Counted from the first letter of the stretch, positions 51,030 to 59,982 are shown. The stretch is DNA of 64,000 nucleotides from an uncultured virus (IMG/VR IMGVR_UViG_3300030101_001550) (IMGVR_UViG_3300030101_001550), one strand, 5' to 3'. Translations and numbers: made by a program. The notes: generated from the sequence alone by a model not told the origin.

Positions 51030-52084
51030 AAGCAATAGGAAGTTACATATTTGCTGGTGGTTTTACTATTGGAGTTAAAAAACATTTTAATGTACTAGCG
51101 CACTTTGAAGGCGATGGATATGGCGCAGATACATTTAGTTTAAATTATCCAGAAATACCAGTTTTTGTTGGTCCAGAAAATTGGCCAACAGGAGATTATA
51201 AAGACATAGATTTTGTATATGGAAATCCACCTTGTGCGCCATGGAGCACACTAGGGTCAGGAAGTAAAGGAGCAGATGGTTGGAAATCAGATCCACGAGT
51301 AAGTTGTTGGAGCGATGTATTTTCTTTAATATATACAGTAAAACCAAAAGCTATCGCTATTGAGTCAGTTCCACGTGCTTATTCTCCAACAGGTGGATTA
51401 CCGATGATAAAAGATTTTACAGAGAAAGCAAATAAAGAAGGTTATGCTGTTACACATCTTATGGTAGATGGACAGTACACTGGTCTTAATCATACTAGGC
51501 GAAGATTCTTTTTCTTAGCTCATAAAGGTAAGTTCAGTCCTCCAGCACCAAACTGGAATCCATCACCAAATGTAGGCGATGTATTAGATGAGTTTAAAGC
51601 AGAACATGGTGGAGACCCTGGACATTATGGAAAACTAAGTGACAATGAAATGAAATTAGTAAAGATTGCGAAACCAGGAGAATCGTTAAGAAACATATGG
51701 GAAAGTTTAAACCCACCAGAAACTTGGAAAAGGTCAACTAAAGGACGAAAAGGAGTTATTGGTAGACCACAATTTATGAAGTGGAGATTGACTAGAGAGC
51801 AAACTATGGGAGTAATAGCAGGAGGTTTTGCAATACATCCAGAAGAAGATAGACTTTTAGGTATAAGAGAATTGTGTGCTTTCTCTGGGTATCCAGTAGA
51901 TTACAAATTTGCTGGAGCAAAATCAGGTTGGCCTAGCTTAATAGCAAGAGGCGTAATGCCACCAGTAGGCGAGTGGCTTGCGAGAAATGTAAAAGCTATG
52001 ATAGAAACAGACGCTAAATACCACGTTGATTCTCAATTTATAGATTACAGAAAACCAGCAACAGGAGATTTATTTAATGCTTAA
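51026..52084 (+). CDS. DNA cytosine-C5 methyltransferase-fold protein with atypical SAM motifs
   Basis: GNPPCAPWS (IV), ESV (VI), HTRRR (VIII), HPEEDRLLGIRE...GYP (IX); motif I YIFAGG and motif X ARGV are divergent. Confidence 0.8.
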   Translation: MKAIGSYIFAGGFTIGVKKHFNVLAHFEGDGYGADTFSLNYPEIPVFVGPENWPTGDYKDIDFVYGNPPCAPWSTLGSGSKGADGWKSDPRVSCWSDVFSLIYTVKPKAIAIESVPRAYSPTGGLPMIKDFTEKANKEGYAVTHLMVDGQYTGLNHTRRRFFFLAHKGKFSPPAPNWNPSPNVGDVLDEFKAEHGGDPGHYGKLSDNEMKLVKIAKPGESLRNIWESLNPPETWKRSTKGRKGVIGRPQFMKWRLTREQTMGVIAGGFAIHPEEDRLLGIRELCAFSGYPVDYKFAGAKSGWPSLIARGVMPPVGEWLARNVKAMIETDAKYHVDSQFIDYRKPATGDLFNA

Positions 52085-52457
52085 AGATATAGAAGAATTT
52101 CATAAGAAGTTTGATTTACCTAAACGTCATGGTATCAAGAATAATAAAGATATTGTAGACTTTAGGATTAAATTTCTAGAAGAAGAATTAAGAGAATTAA
52201 AAGAAGGCGTTGAGAAAGACGATGACGCAAAGATTTTAGATTCTTTAGTAGACATAGTTTATGTAGCACTCGGTACCGCTTATATATTTGACTATCCTTT
52301 TTGGATAGCATGGAAAGAAGTACAAGATGCTAACATGAAAAAAGAAAGAAAAGAAAGTGCTCGTTCTAAATTTGATGTAACAAAACCAGAAGGTTGGAAA
52401 CATCCAGATATTGAGCAAGTGCTTAAAACATTTAAACATTGGAGTTCGTGGTCATGA
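52077..52457 (+). CDS. MazG-like/PRA-PH nucleotide pyrophosphohydrolase (putative dCTPase/dUTPase)
   Basis: EFHKKF, LEEELRE, DSLVDIVYV, EVQDANMKK motifs. Confidence 0.8.
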   Translation: MLKDIEEFHKKFDLPKRHGIKNNKDIVDFRIKFLEEELRELKEGVEKDDDAKILDSLVDIVYVALGTAYIFDYPFWIAWKEVQDANMKKERKESARSKFDVTKPEGWKHPDIEQVLKTFKHWSSWS

Positions 52458-53488
52458 AAGTTTTAGTAACAGGGTTTACCTCTAAAGGTATTGGAACTAA
52501 TAAAAATGTACTAGAAATAGCAACAGCAGCAAACTGTTTGCCTAGAGCATTAAGAGAATGTGGAATAGAAGTTGATCATAGAGTAGTAGTGCCTGGCGAT
52601 GATATATCAGAATACGATAAAGTTGTTGTATTTGCATTTGCCCCTAATTCTTTACCGTCATCTTATTTGTATGGAGGTCTTTACACTTTATTAAAAAGAC
52701 CTGACGCATATATTGCATTAGATGATTGGCAAACTAGAGATATACCTAATGGTTGTAGAACTTTTGCACGTGAAGATCATTGGCGATTATGGAAAAGAGT
52801 AAGCAAAGCAGGTAATTCTGTAGGTAAAAAATTCTTTGACGAAGCACAGCCTTATAAAAAAGAAATGGAAGATTTAATTACAGAACTAGGTTTTAAGAAA
52901 TGGAACTTTAAAGTATTAGCACCAATGTACGATGGTGGGGATAGTAGTCAGTTAGGAATAGATTGCGAAAAAATAATACCCTGGGATCCTACACCTGTTA
53001 CTGATAGTTATAAAGAAAAAAGAAACAGTTTATTCTCTGCATTAGAACATACTGGTCCTAAAGAAAGAGAATGGATTATGGCTTCTCTTATACAAAAACA
53101 AAGTTGGCTTAATCGTCAAAACTTTACTTGGAAAGTAACTGGATATGGTAACGTAAATCTAGGCCAGCAACGAATCACAGAGCCAGAATTGTATAAAGAA
53201 TACTTACGAGTAAGAGGAATACTTATACCTCCACACTATCATACGATAAAAGGTAGTGGCTGGTGGAGAGTTCGTTATGGAATGATAGCAGACGCAGGTT
53301 GCATAGCTTATGGCGATTTAGAAGAAACAAAACTATTTGGTTATTCTTACAAGATTAGAAATAACGATATTGAGTACATGTCAGATAAAGGTTTAGATGA
53401 CTTGGCTCAAGCACAAAAAGAAGATTTTATTTCTACAGTGTGGAATAAAAATAGATTAAATACGTTTATCGGAGATAATTTTTTATGA
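52454..53488 (+). CDS. GT-B glycosyltransferase, T4 beta-glucosyltransferase-like
   Basis: By-eye similarity to T4 BGT: G.EVD..., EYDKVVV (BGT DYDRLIV), YIALDDW (YYLFTDI), RVRYGMIADAGCIAYGDLEE (TLRVWETMASDAVMLIDEEF); ATG 52454 after GGAG. Confidence 0.6.
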   Translation: MKVLVTGFTSKGIGTNKNVLEIATAANCLPRALRECGIEVDHRVVVPGDDISEYDKVVVFAFAPNSLPSSYLYGGLYTLLKRPDAYIALDDWQTRDIPNGCRTFAREDHWRLWKRVSKAGNSVGKKFFDEAQPYKKEMEDLITELGFKKWNFKVLAPMYDGGDSSQLGIDCEKIIPWDPTPVTDSYKEKRNSLFSALEHTGPKEREWIMASLIQKQSWLNRQNFTWKVTGYGNVNLGQQRITEPELYKEYLRVRGILIPPHYHTIKGSGWWRVRYGMIADAGCIAYGDLEETKLFGYSYKIRNNDIEYMSDKGLDDLAQAQKEDFISTVWNKNRLNTFIGDNFL

Positions 53489-54123
53489 GAGATGTAAGCG
53501 ATATAATCAAAGGTATAATTATAATAGAAGGTGCAGACTGTACTGGTAAAACTACTCTTGCTAAATATCTATGCGATAAATTTAAAGCAAGATATATGCA
53601 TTTAAGAATACATAAGAAGATGGAGATATGGCATACTGCAACTGTTCGTAGAGCAATAAGACTTGCTAAAAAAGAATTAGTTGTAATAGATAGACACTGG
53701 CCATCAGAAGAAACTTATGCTTACGAAAGAGCAGACGGTCCAGAATATAATCCTAAAGAATTATACAAAAAACTAAAAGAAGCAAATACTTTATATGTGT
53801 GGTGTGCACCTGAAGATAGCAGTAAAGTTATTAACATGCATAAGAATAAAAAACTAGAACGTCACGAAGAATACAGTGACATATCCAAAGTTGTAGAGAG
53901 ATATAGACGTTCATGGTACGGTAATAATAACGAACATAAAAACTTCTTATCATCTCTCGGTATGTTAAAAGAAAGGTCTAACTTTATTCGCTACGATGTA
54001 TTTAAAGAAGGTAGCATGATAGACGTAAAAGTATATACGATAATAAATAGATTACGATACTTGAAAGGAGAATGCCCATGGAACGAATCGATGTCAAACT
54101 TTCCGCTGACAATGAGTGGTTAG
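53485..54123 (+). CDS. dNMP kinase (thymidylate kinase-like P-loop)
   Basis: IIIIEGADCTGKTT, VVIDRHWPSE. Confidence 0.85.
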   Translation: MRDVSDIIKGIIIIEGADCTGKTTLAKYLCDKFKARYMHLRIHKKMEIWHTATVRRAIRLAKKELVVIDRHWPSEETYAYERADGPEYNPKELYKKLKEANTLYVWCAPEDSSKVINMHKNKKLERHEEYSDISKVVERYRRSWYGNNNEHKNFLSSLGMLKERSNFIRYDVFKEGSMIDVKVYTIINRLRYLKGECPWNESMSNFPLTMSG

Positions 54124-54905
54124 ATGCTATTAAAGATATAAATCATGGTAAGTGGACAAGACCACGTGGTTTAGAAACACTTGAAAAAATAAATCATACT
54201 ACAATGTGCGATATGAGATATCCCGTTATAACTAACAAAAAGAGAGAACTTGGCTACAGGTTTATGGTAGCAGAAGCACACTGGATTCTTACTGGAAATA
54301 ATAAATTATCTACAATAAAACCTTTCTCTAAAAACATAGCTAGATTTAGCGATGATGGTTATTTCTTTAGAGGAGCATATGGTCCTAAGATAGTTGATCA
54401 ACTTCAGTACGTGTGTAGAATATTAAATGACGATATAAATACACGTCAAGCTGTTATAAATATATGGAGAGAAAGTCCTTACGATACTGACGATGTACCC
54501 TGCACTATCTCTTTTCAATTTCTTATTAGAGAGAACAAACTAAATGTTATCGCTAATATGCGTTCAAACGATTTATGGCTAGGTTGGCCTTACGATAATT
54601 TTAACTTCTCAATGCTAGGTGCGTATGTCGCATTACTTATGTGGGATATTTATAGAATGGATTTAGACTTAGGAGTTACTGTAATCAATGCTGGCTCTCG
54701 TCATTTATATCAATCTGATCATGATAAAGCTTTAGAATGTGTAAAAGCAGGAGAGAATGATTTCTATGATTATAGACCTTTAAACATTAAAGATTTTAGA
54801 AATAGCATGAGTACGAGTGCTAATAATCTTCTTGATCATCTAGCTTACTGTACTGAGGGTTGGAAAGCCGATAGTCAGTTCTTACACGAGTTCTTTGAGA
54901 TATGA
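54072..54905 (+). CDS. Thymidylate synthase-family dCMP-modifying enzyme (dCMP hydroxymethylase-like)
   Basis: GAYGP, TRQA, DVPCT..QFLIR, MRSNDLWLGWPYD (Asp at the E. coli TS Asn177 position), SRHLY. Confidence 0.8.
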   Translation: MPMERIDVKLSADNEWLDAIKDINHGKWTRPRGLETLEKINHTTMCDMRYPVITNKKRELGYRFMVAEAHWILTGNNKLSTIKPFSKNIARFSDDGYFFRGAYGPKIVDQLQYVCRILNDDINTRQAVINIWRESPYDTDDVPCTISFQFLIRENKLNVIANMRSNDLWLGWPYDNFNFSMLGAYVALLMWDIYRMDLDLGVTVINAGSRHLYQSDHDKALECVKAGENDFYDYRPLNIKDFRNSMSTSANNLLDHLAYCTEGWKADSQFLHEFFEI

Positions 54906-56770
54906 GTTTATTTTCGCCTAGCAGCGATTGGAAACCTAGAGAAATATTAATTGATTATTCTAACTCTAAATACATTGCTGTAGACACTGAAACATACGAC
55001 CCTAATCTAAAGAGTAATGGACCTGGTGGTTTTAAGAAAGATGGATTTGTAGTTGGCATATCTCTATGCGATGAGCATAATAGAATGTGTTACTTGCCGA
55101 TACGCCATCAAGGAGGCGGTAATCTTCCTGAAGAACTAGTCATATCGTATTTAAAAAACGTCCTTGAGAACTCTAAAACGAAAGTATTTGCGAATGCTCT
55201 CTATGATTTAGAGTGGCTATCAACTTTAGGAGTAAATACTCAAGGAAGCATATTCGATATTCAAGTTGCAGAAACATTGATAAACGAGAATAGAAAATCA
55301 TTCTCTCTTGATAACATATCATACGATTACTTGAGAGAGAAAAAAGACGAAACATTATTAGAAGATGCGGTCCGAAGCATGGTATCTGCGAGGGCTAACG
55401 TAAAACAAAACTTGTGGAAATTACACTCGTCATACGTTGGTCCTTACGCAGAGAAAGATGCTGAGTTGACTATGAGAGTATTTTTATTGCAACTACCGAT
55501 ACTTGAGAAAGAGGAATTAACAAAAGTCATGAAGATAGAATCAAGGCTCATCCCTCTATTATTGTCTATGAGACAGAAAGGTGTTCGTGTTGATATTGAG
55601 AAAGCAGCGAAGCTTCGGGATACGCTAGTTAAAAAACAAGATCAAGTTCAAGCAGAACTTAATTCGATAGCAGGTCAAGAAGTAAATGTATGGGCTAATG
55701 CAAGTATTGCGAAAGCATATGAAAAAGAAAACATAACTTTCTTGCGAACTGCAAAAGGCTCGCCATCATTTACACAAGACTGGTTAGAGAGTGCACAAGA
55801 TAACTTGAGTGGTTTAGTTTTAAAAGTGCGTAAACTGTATAAGTTGAGAAGTACATTCATTGAGAACATGATTATTGGAAAATCAGTAAATGGTAGAATA
55901 CATAGTCAATTACATTCTACAGGAACAGTTACGGGTAGATTCAGTTCATCACATCCTAATTTGCAACAAGTACCTGCTCATGATCCTGAGTTAGCGCCTT
56001 TGGTGCGAGGTCTATTTATTCCTGAAGATGGACACGAATGGGTATGTGTAGATTATGCACAACAAGAGCCTAGACTTCTTGTACACTTTGCAAGTCAGAC
56101 GAATAATGAATCAGCAAAATTGGCACAAAATCAGTACAAAAATGATACATCTACAGACTTTCATACTATGGTTGCGAACATGGCAAAAATCAAGAGAAAA
56201 CAAGCAAAAACTATAAATCTTGGACTTACATATGGCATGGGAAAAAAGAAATTAGCAGCAGAATTAGGACTATCGTATGATGATGCAGAAATGTTATTTG
56301 AGAAGTATCATCGTAACGTGCCTTTCGTTCAAGCATTAAATAATCAAGTTGTGGCACTCGCTTCTTCTCGTGGATACATTAGAACATTATTAGGTAGACG
56401 CAGACATTTTAATTTGTACGAGCCAGGTGGTTGGGATAACTTTGGTAAGCCTGCTTATCCTTATGAAAAAGCAAAAGAAGTGTATAAAGATTTGCCATTG
56501 AAAAGAGCATATACACATAAAGCTTTGAATTGTTTAATACAAGGATCAGCTGCTGATGTTACAAAAGCTGCGATGTTAGAAGTATGGGATAACAAAGTTA
56601 TGGACATAGGACTAACGATACATGATGAGTTAGATTTTTCTGTGCCTAAAAGCAAAGAGGGAGAAGAAAAATTAAAAGAAGTTGTACACTTAATGAAAAA
56701 TGCAGTAAAGTTAAATGTACCTTTACAGGTAGACGTAGAAAGAGGAGCCAGTTGGGGAGAGATTAAGTGA
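54902..56770 (+). CDS. polA: DNA polymerase family A with 3'-5' exonuclease domain
   Basis: AVDTET, TGRFSS..PNLQQ, DYAQQEPR, RKQAKTINLGLTYG, IQGSAAD, TIHDEL. Confidence 0.95.
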   Translation: MSLFSPSSDWKPREILIDYSNSKYIAVDTETYDPNLKSNGPGGFKKDGFVVGISLCDEHNRMCYLPIRHQGGGNLPEELVISYLKNVLENSKTKVFANALYDLEWLSTLGVNTQGSIFDIQVAETLINENRKSFSLDNISYDYLREKKDETLLEDAVRSMVSARANVKQNLWKLHSSYVGPYAEKDAELTMRVFLLQLPILEKEELTKVMKIESRLIPLLLSMRQKGVRVDIEKAAKLRDTLVKKQDQVQAELNSIAGQEVNVWANASIAKAYEKENITFLRTAKGSPSFTQDWLESAQDNLSGLVLKVRKLYKLRSTFIENMIIGKSVNGRIHSQLHSTGTVTGRFSSSHPNLQQVPAHDPELAPLVRGLFIPEDGHEWVCVDYAQQEPRLLVHFASQTNNESAKLAQNQYKNDTSTDFHTMVANMAKIKRKQAKTINLGLTYGMGKKKLAAELGLSYDDAEMLFEKYHRNVPFVQALNNQVVALASSRGYIRTLLGRRRHFNLYEPGGWDNFGKPAYPYEKAKEVYKDLPLKRAYTHKALNCLIQGSAADVTKAAMLEVWDNKVMDIGLTIHDELDFSVPKSKEGEEKLKEVVHLMKNAVKLNVPLQVDVERGASWGEIK

Positions 56771-57183
56771 GTGAAAAAAATTTATGGACATCTTGTAGAA
56801 AGAAATGGCCAGATATATTTTTACAAAGAATTGAAACTGCAGTAGAACGAGGGATACCAGATTTGTTTTATTGTTACCAAGGACTAACAGGTTGGCTTGA
56901 AGGTAAGTATCTCGATAAACCTGTACATGAAACAAGCAAGTGTAGGACGAAAGTATCAGTAGAACAAATCGCATGGCACAGATCATTTCGCCGTAATAAA
57001 GGTGCGGTATTTCTTCTAGTAAAAGTATCGAAAGAAGTTTTTTTATTCGACAGTGGCGAAGCAGAGAAGCTTAATTCTGGCGTTGTTTATAAAAATTTAA
57101 AAGATTTATCTTTAGCGCAAGGGTGGGATAAAATAAGAGATTTTTTGATCAATAAAGAAAATTACTGTATTAATGATAACTAA
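56767..57183 (+). CDS. VRR-NUC / resolvase-like PD-(D/E)xK nuclease
   Basis: QRIE, GIPDL, WLEGK, EQIAW motifs; follows PolA. Confidence 0.75.
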   Translation: MSEKNLWTSCRKKWPDIFLQRIETAVERGIPDLFYCYQGLTGWLEGKYLDKPVHETSKCRTKVSVEQIAWHRSFRRNKGAVFLLVKVSKEVFLFDSGEAEKLNSGVVYKNLKDLSLAQGWDKIRDFLINKENYCINDN

Positions 57184-57225
57184 AATTTTATATTATAAAA
57201 TAAGTACAGAAGAAAGGATAAACCT

Positions 57226-57978
57226 ATGAGTATGGAAAATATAAAAAGCAAGATAGCAAAACTTATTGCTTTATCTCAAGACGAGGGCGCTAGTGAGCAA
57301 GAAGCAGAACTAGCTACTCAACGTGCTTTAGAGTTATTGTCTAAATATAATCTCAGTATGTCCGATGTTCGAACTAACGATGAGTTCCAAGACATAGAGC
57401 AAACTAAGATTATGGAAGTTCTTCGTGACGAGTGGATTAAGAGTTTATACTCAGCTAACTGTAAATTGTATTTCTGTAAATACTATTACACGAATAAGTT
57501 AGATGCTAAGTATAAAACAGCTACCGAGCATAATATTGTCGGTAGACCTCATAATCAACTAGTAGCGAGAGAGATGACTCAGTATCTTATTAAGACAGTT
57601 AAGAAATTAAGTGAAGAGCACACTTTACCGATTCCAGGCGATAAACGGACGATCAATAAGATTAGGCGTAATTTCGAGCTTGGTTGTGCGCATCGAATTG
57701 TATCTCGAATACATACTTTGGCGGCACAGAAGATGGCTGACGATGGCAGCGACAAGTTAGAAAACAAGTCGTCTGGAAACACTCTACCAGCTTTGTATAA
57801 GTCAGAACTAGCTTTATGCGAAGATTTTCTACAAAAAGCTGGAATTCGTCTAAGTTCGGGTAGAAGTCGTTCAAATGTTACGTCAAACGAAGCATATAGA
57901 AGGGGCCAAAGCGCCGGAAATAGTGTAAGTTTAAATACACAAATAAAGGGGGCGGCATCACGACATCTTCTGAATTAG
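57226..57978 (+). CDS. DUF2786-like protein
   Basis: KIAKLIALS...EAELA...LLSKYNL N-terminus; AYRRG C-terminus. Confidence 0.75.
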   Translation: MSMENIKSKIAKLIALSQDEGASEQEAELATQRALELLSKYNLSMSDVRTNDEFQDIEQTKIMEVLRDEWIKSLYSANCKLYFCKYYYTNKLDAKYKTATEHNIVGRPHNQLVAREMTQYLIKTVKKLSEEHTLPIPGDKRTINKIRRNFELGCAHRIVSRIHTLAAQKMADDGSDKLENKSSGNTLPALYKSELALCEDFLQKAGIRLSSGRSRSNVTSNEAYRRGQSAGNSVSLNTQIKGAASRHLLN

Positions 57979-58001
57979 ATTATGATATAACAAAACGACC
58001 G

Positions 58002-58268
58002 ATGGTACGTATCACGTGGAAAGACGCACGTGATATGGAAACCGGTTGGCTTGATATAAAAGATATTAAAGACGCACCTCTTGCAACGTGTCAAGAGGTG
58101 GGTTATTTAATCGTAGACAACAGTGAGAAAGTAGTTGTCATGCGTTCTTGGTGTACTGACAAGGGCGACAATCATGGAGGCGGCGTGGTTGCTATTCCTG
58201 CTGGTTGGATAGAGAAAGTTGAGTACCTTAAGGTAGATTACATATTACATAAATCAGACCGAGACTAG
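58002..58268 (+). CDS. Hypothetical protein
   Basis: ITWKDA, GW, VGYL, IPAGWI motifs. Confidence 0.7.
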   Translation: MVRITWKDARDMETGWLDIKDIKDAPLATCQEVGYLIVDNSEKVVVMRSWCTDKGDNHGGGVVAIPAGWIEKVEYLKVDYILHKSDRD

Positions 58269-58295
58269 ACAATTTTTTTGTGGTAAAGATTATCT

Positions 58296-58541
58296 ATGTC
58301 TTTCATATTCGAATGTAACGTTAGTGTTACATACATGGATTTTAATGATAAGGTAAAAGTATTTCAATTTAAGGAATACGATAAACCTGAAGCATATCCT
58401 CGTATCATGAGCACTGTTAATGTAATACACGAATGTAGTTACATTATGGATATTAACATAAAACCAAATAAGTCAAAGAAGATGCCTGAGTATCCTTTTT
58501 CTTTAGAATTAATAGATAAAGGATCAGTCGTTTTTCATTGA
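58296..58541 (+). CDS. Hypothetical protein
   Basis: ORF only. Confidence 0.55.
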   Translation: MSFIFECNVSVTYMDFNDKVKVFQFKEYDKPEAYPRIMSTVNVIHECSYIMDINIKPNKSKKMPEYPFSLELIDKGSVVFH

Positions 58542-58570
58542 GTATATAATAAGAAAACGAAAGGAAGCAG

Positions 58571-58849
58571 ATGAGCGGTATAACATATGCGAGTAAAGAT
58601 AACCTCTTGCTATTAAACGAACACAATAAAAAGAATTTTAACCATGGCTATGCGCCAGAAGAATTTGTACAGCTAAGTGATAAGATAAATTACCCTGTAG
58701 TTGAGATAAAGAAAACACGAAAATCAGAGGATTATAAAGTCATGCATTTTATGTTAGACGATAAAGGTAAGTTTTGCGTCTTTTACGTTAATCAATATTT
58801 ATTTGAACAGCTAAACTCTATGGAAATACCATCAAGATTAGTAAATTAA
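58571..58849 (+). CDS. Hypothetical protein
   Basis: SD GAAAGGA. Confidence 0.65.
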   Translation: MSGITYASKDNLLLLNEHNKKNFNHGYAPEEFVQLSDKINYPVVEIKKTRKSEDYKVMHFMLDDKGKFCVFYVNQYLFEQLNSMEIPSRLVN

Positions 58850-58863
58850 TTGTATATATTGTA
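58847..58863 (+). promoter_or_regulatory. Repeated 17-mer TAATTGTATATATTGTA, probable early promoter element
   Basis: Identical copy at 61518..61534; both lie in AT-rich intergenic regions upstream of SD-bearing genes. Confidence 0.5.
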
Positions 58864-58910
58864 ATAAATTTATCGTAATATTATATATGATTAGCGAGAA
58901 AGGATAAATT

Positions 58911-59237
58911 ATGGCTAACAAAACTAAAACGTATATTACAATTCAACCTGACGGTAAGGTAGAAAAACACGAAAACGTTGCATGGGAACTGAAAGACTTG
59001 CAGAAAAACGTTGGCGGTGGCTACATAGAAGGAGTCACTTTTAAAATTCAAGGTAAGAATTATAGAGGTTGGGCTAACGAAGAAGGATTGTTAAAACGAT
59101 TTCCTGTTAATAGTAAAGCGAGTCATTATCGTGCAGCATATTATGGCATAAATAAGGAAAACCCTATGTATATAGAATATACTTTGGTTGGTCCTATTAT
59201 TGTCGAGGACTTTAGAGGAGACGAAAAGTTAGTATGA
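58911..59237 (+). CDS. DUF3846-like protein
   Basis: LKDLQK.VGGGYIE, NEEGL, N.KAS, LVG motifs. Confidence 0.75.
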   Translation: MANKTKTYITIQPDGKVEKHENVAWELKDLQKNVGGGYIEGVTFKIQGKNYRGWANEEGLLKRFPVNSKASHYRAAYYGINKENPMYIEYTLVGPIIVEDFRGDEKLV

Positions 59238-59356
59238 TTACAAACATTTTATTAGGGCTAATACTTTTAGCCCTAGTGTTTAACGGCTTTATGATATTTG
59301 TTATCGGTAAGATGATAGATGAACGAGTAGGAGATGAAAACAAAAAACGTAGATGA
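59234..59356 (+). CDS. 40-aa membrane peptide
   Basis: MITNILLGLILLALVFNGFMIFVIGK...; ATGA-coupled. Confidence 0.55.
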   Translation: MITNILLGLILLALVFNGFMIFVIGKMIDERVGDENKKRR

Positions 59357-59804
59357 CATTTTAGAAATACCCGAGTGGTTAAGAAAACTAAACCCAGGTC
59401 CGAAATGGCAGTATTATCCTGGCGAGAAAGTCGTCACGAAAAGAAAAAGGGATAATGGAGAAATAATAATTACCGAAAGGTGGATAAAGAGACCTTACTG
59501 GCTTGTTAACGGAGTTCCCGAGCATGAGTATTACAAGAAAGAAAAGAAATCATTCGTAGTTTCTGAGTCAAAACCTAAGAAAAGTAATGGCAAACAACGA
59601 GAACGATGGCTCACGGACATCATACGAAAGACGGGACCGATTGGAACTAAAACATTATACAAATATTTACACGAACATAAACTAGAGCCACACGAAGGGT
59701 TTTTATCTCACTCGAATTACCAAGCACATATGAGAAGTATTTTGATAAGATTGAAAAGAAAAGGTATACTTGGTAAGAAAAAAAGTAAATATATAATTAG
59801 ATAA
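59334..59804 (+). CDS. Hypothetical basic protein
   Basis: SD AGGAG; DILEIPEWLR motif. Confidence 0.65.
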   Translation: MKTKNVDDILEIPEWLRKLNPGPKWQYYPGEKVVTKRKRDNGEIIITERWIKRPYWLVNGVPEHEYYKKEKKSFVVSESKPKKSNGKQRERWLTDIIRKTGPIGTKTLYKYLHEHKLEPHEGFLSHSNYQAHMRSILIRLKRKGILGKKKSKYIIR

Positions 59805-59851
59805 TCGAAAAAGGTAGTATTTGACTAGTTGTTACCTGTAAGATTATCTGT

Positions 59852-59966
59852 GAGTCACGCTGGTTTGCTCCCGGCGTGCTTATTAGTAGCGCAACGATGG
59901 ACCAGGGCTGGCGTTCTCCTTTAGCTAGGGTTCGGCGGGTAATACCGCTTTACCAGTCCGTCTGTC
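59852..59966 (+). ncRNA. Candidate structured RNA / 5' leader
   Basis: GC-rich island with stems CACGCTGG/CCGGCGTG, GATGGAC/GTCCGTC, CTGGC/GCTAG, GCGG/CCGC. Confidence 0.4.
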
Positions 59967-59982
59967 ATGTAGAAAGGATTTT

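Noticed and set aside
54072..54905. Ordinary thymidylate synthase (thyA)
   Set aside because: Asp at the specificity position and PCT rather than PCH indicate a dCMP-type enzyme
51026..57183. Restriction-modification system formed by the C5-MTase and a nuclease
   Set aside because: The nucleases (37183, 56767) are not adjacent to the MTase and look like standard phage PD-(D/E)xK or VRR-NUC proteins
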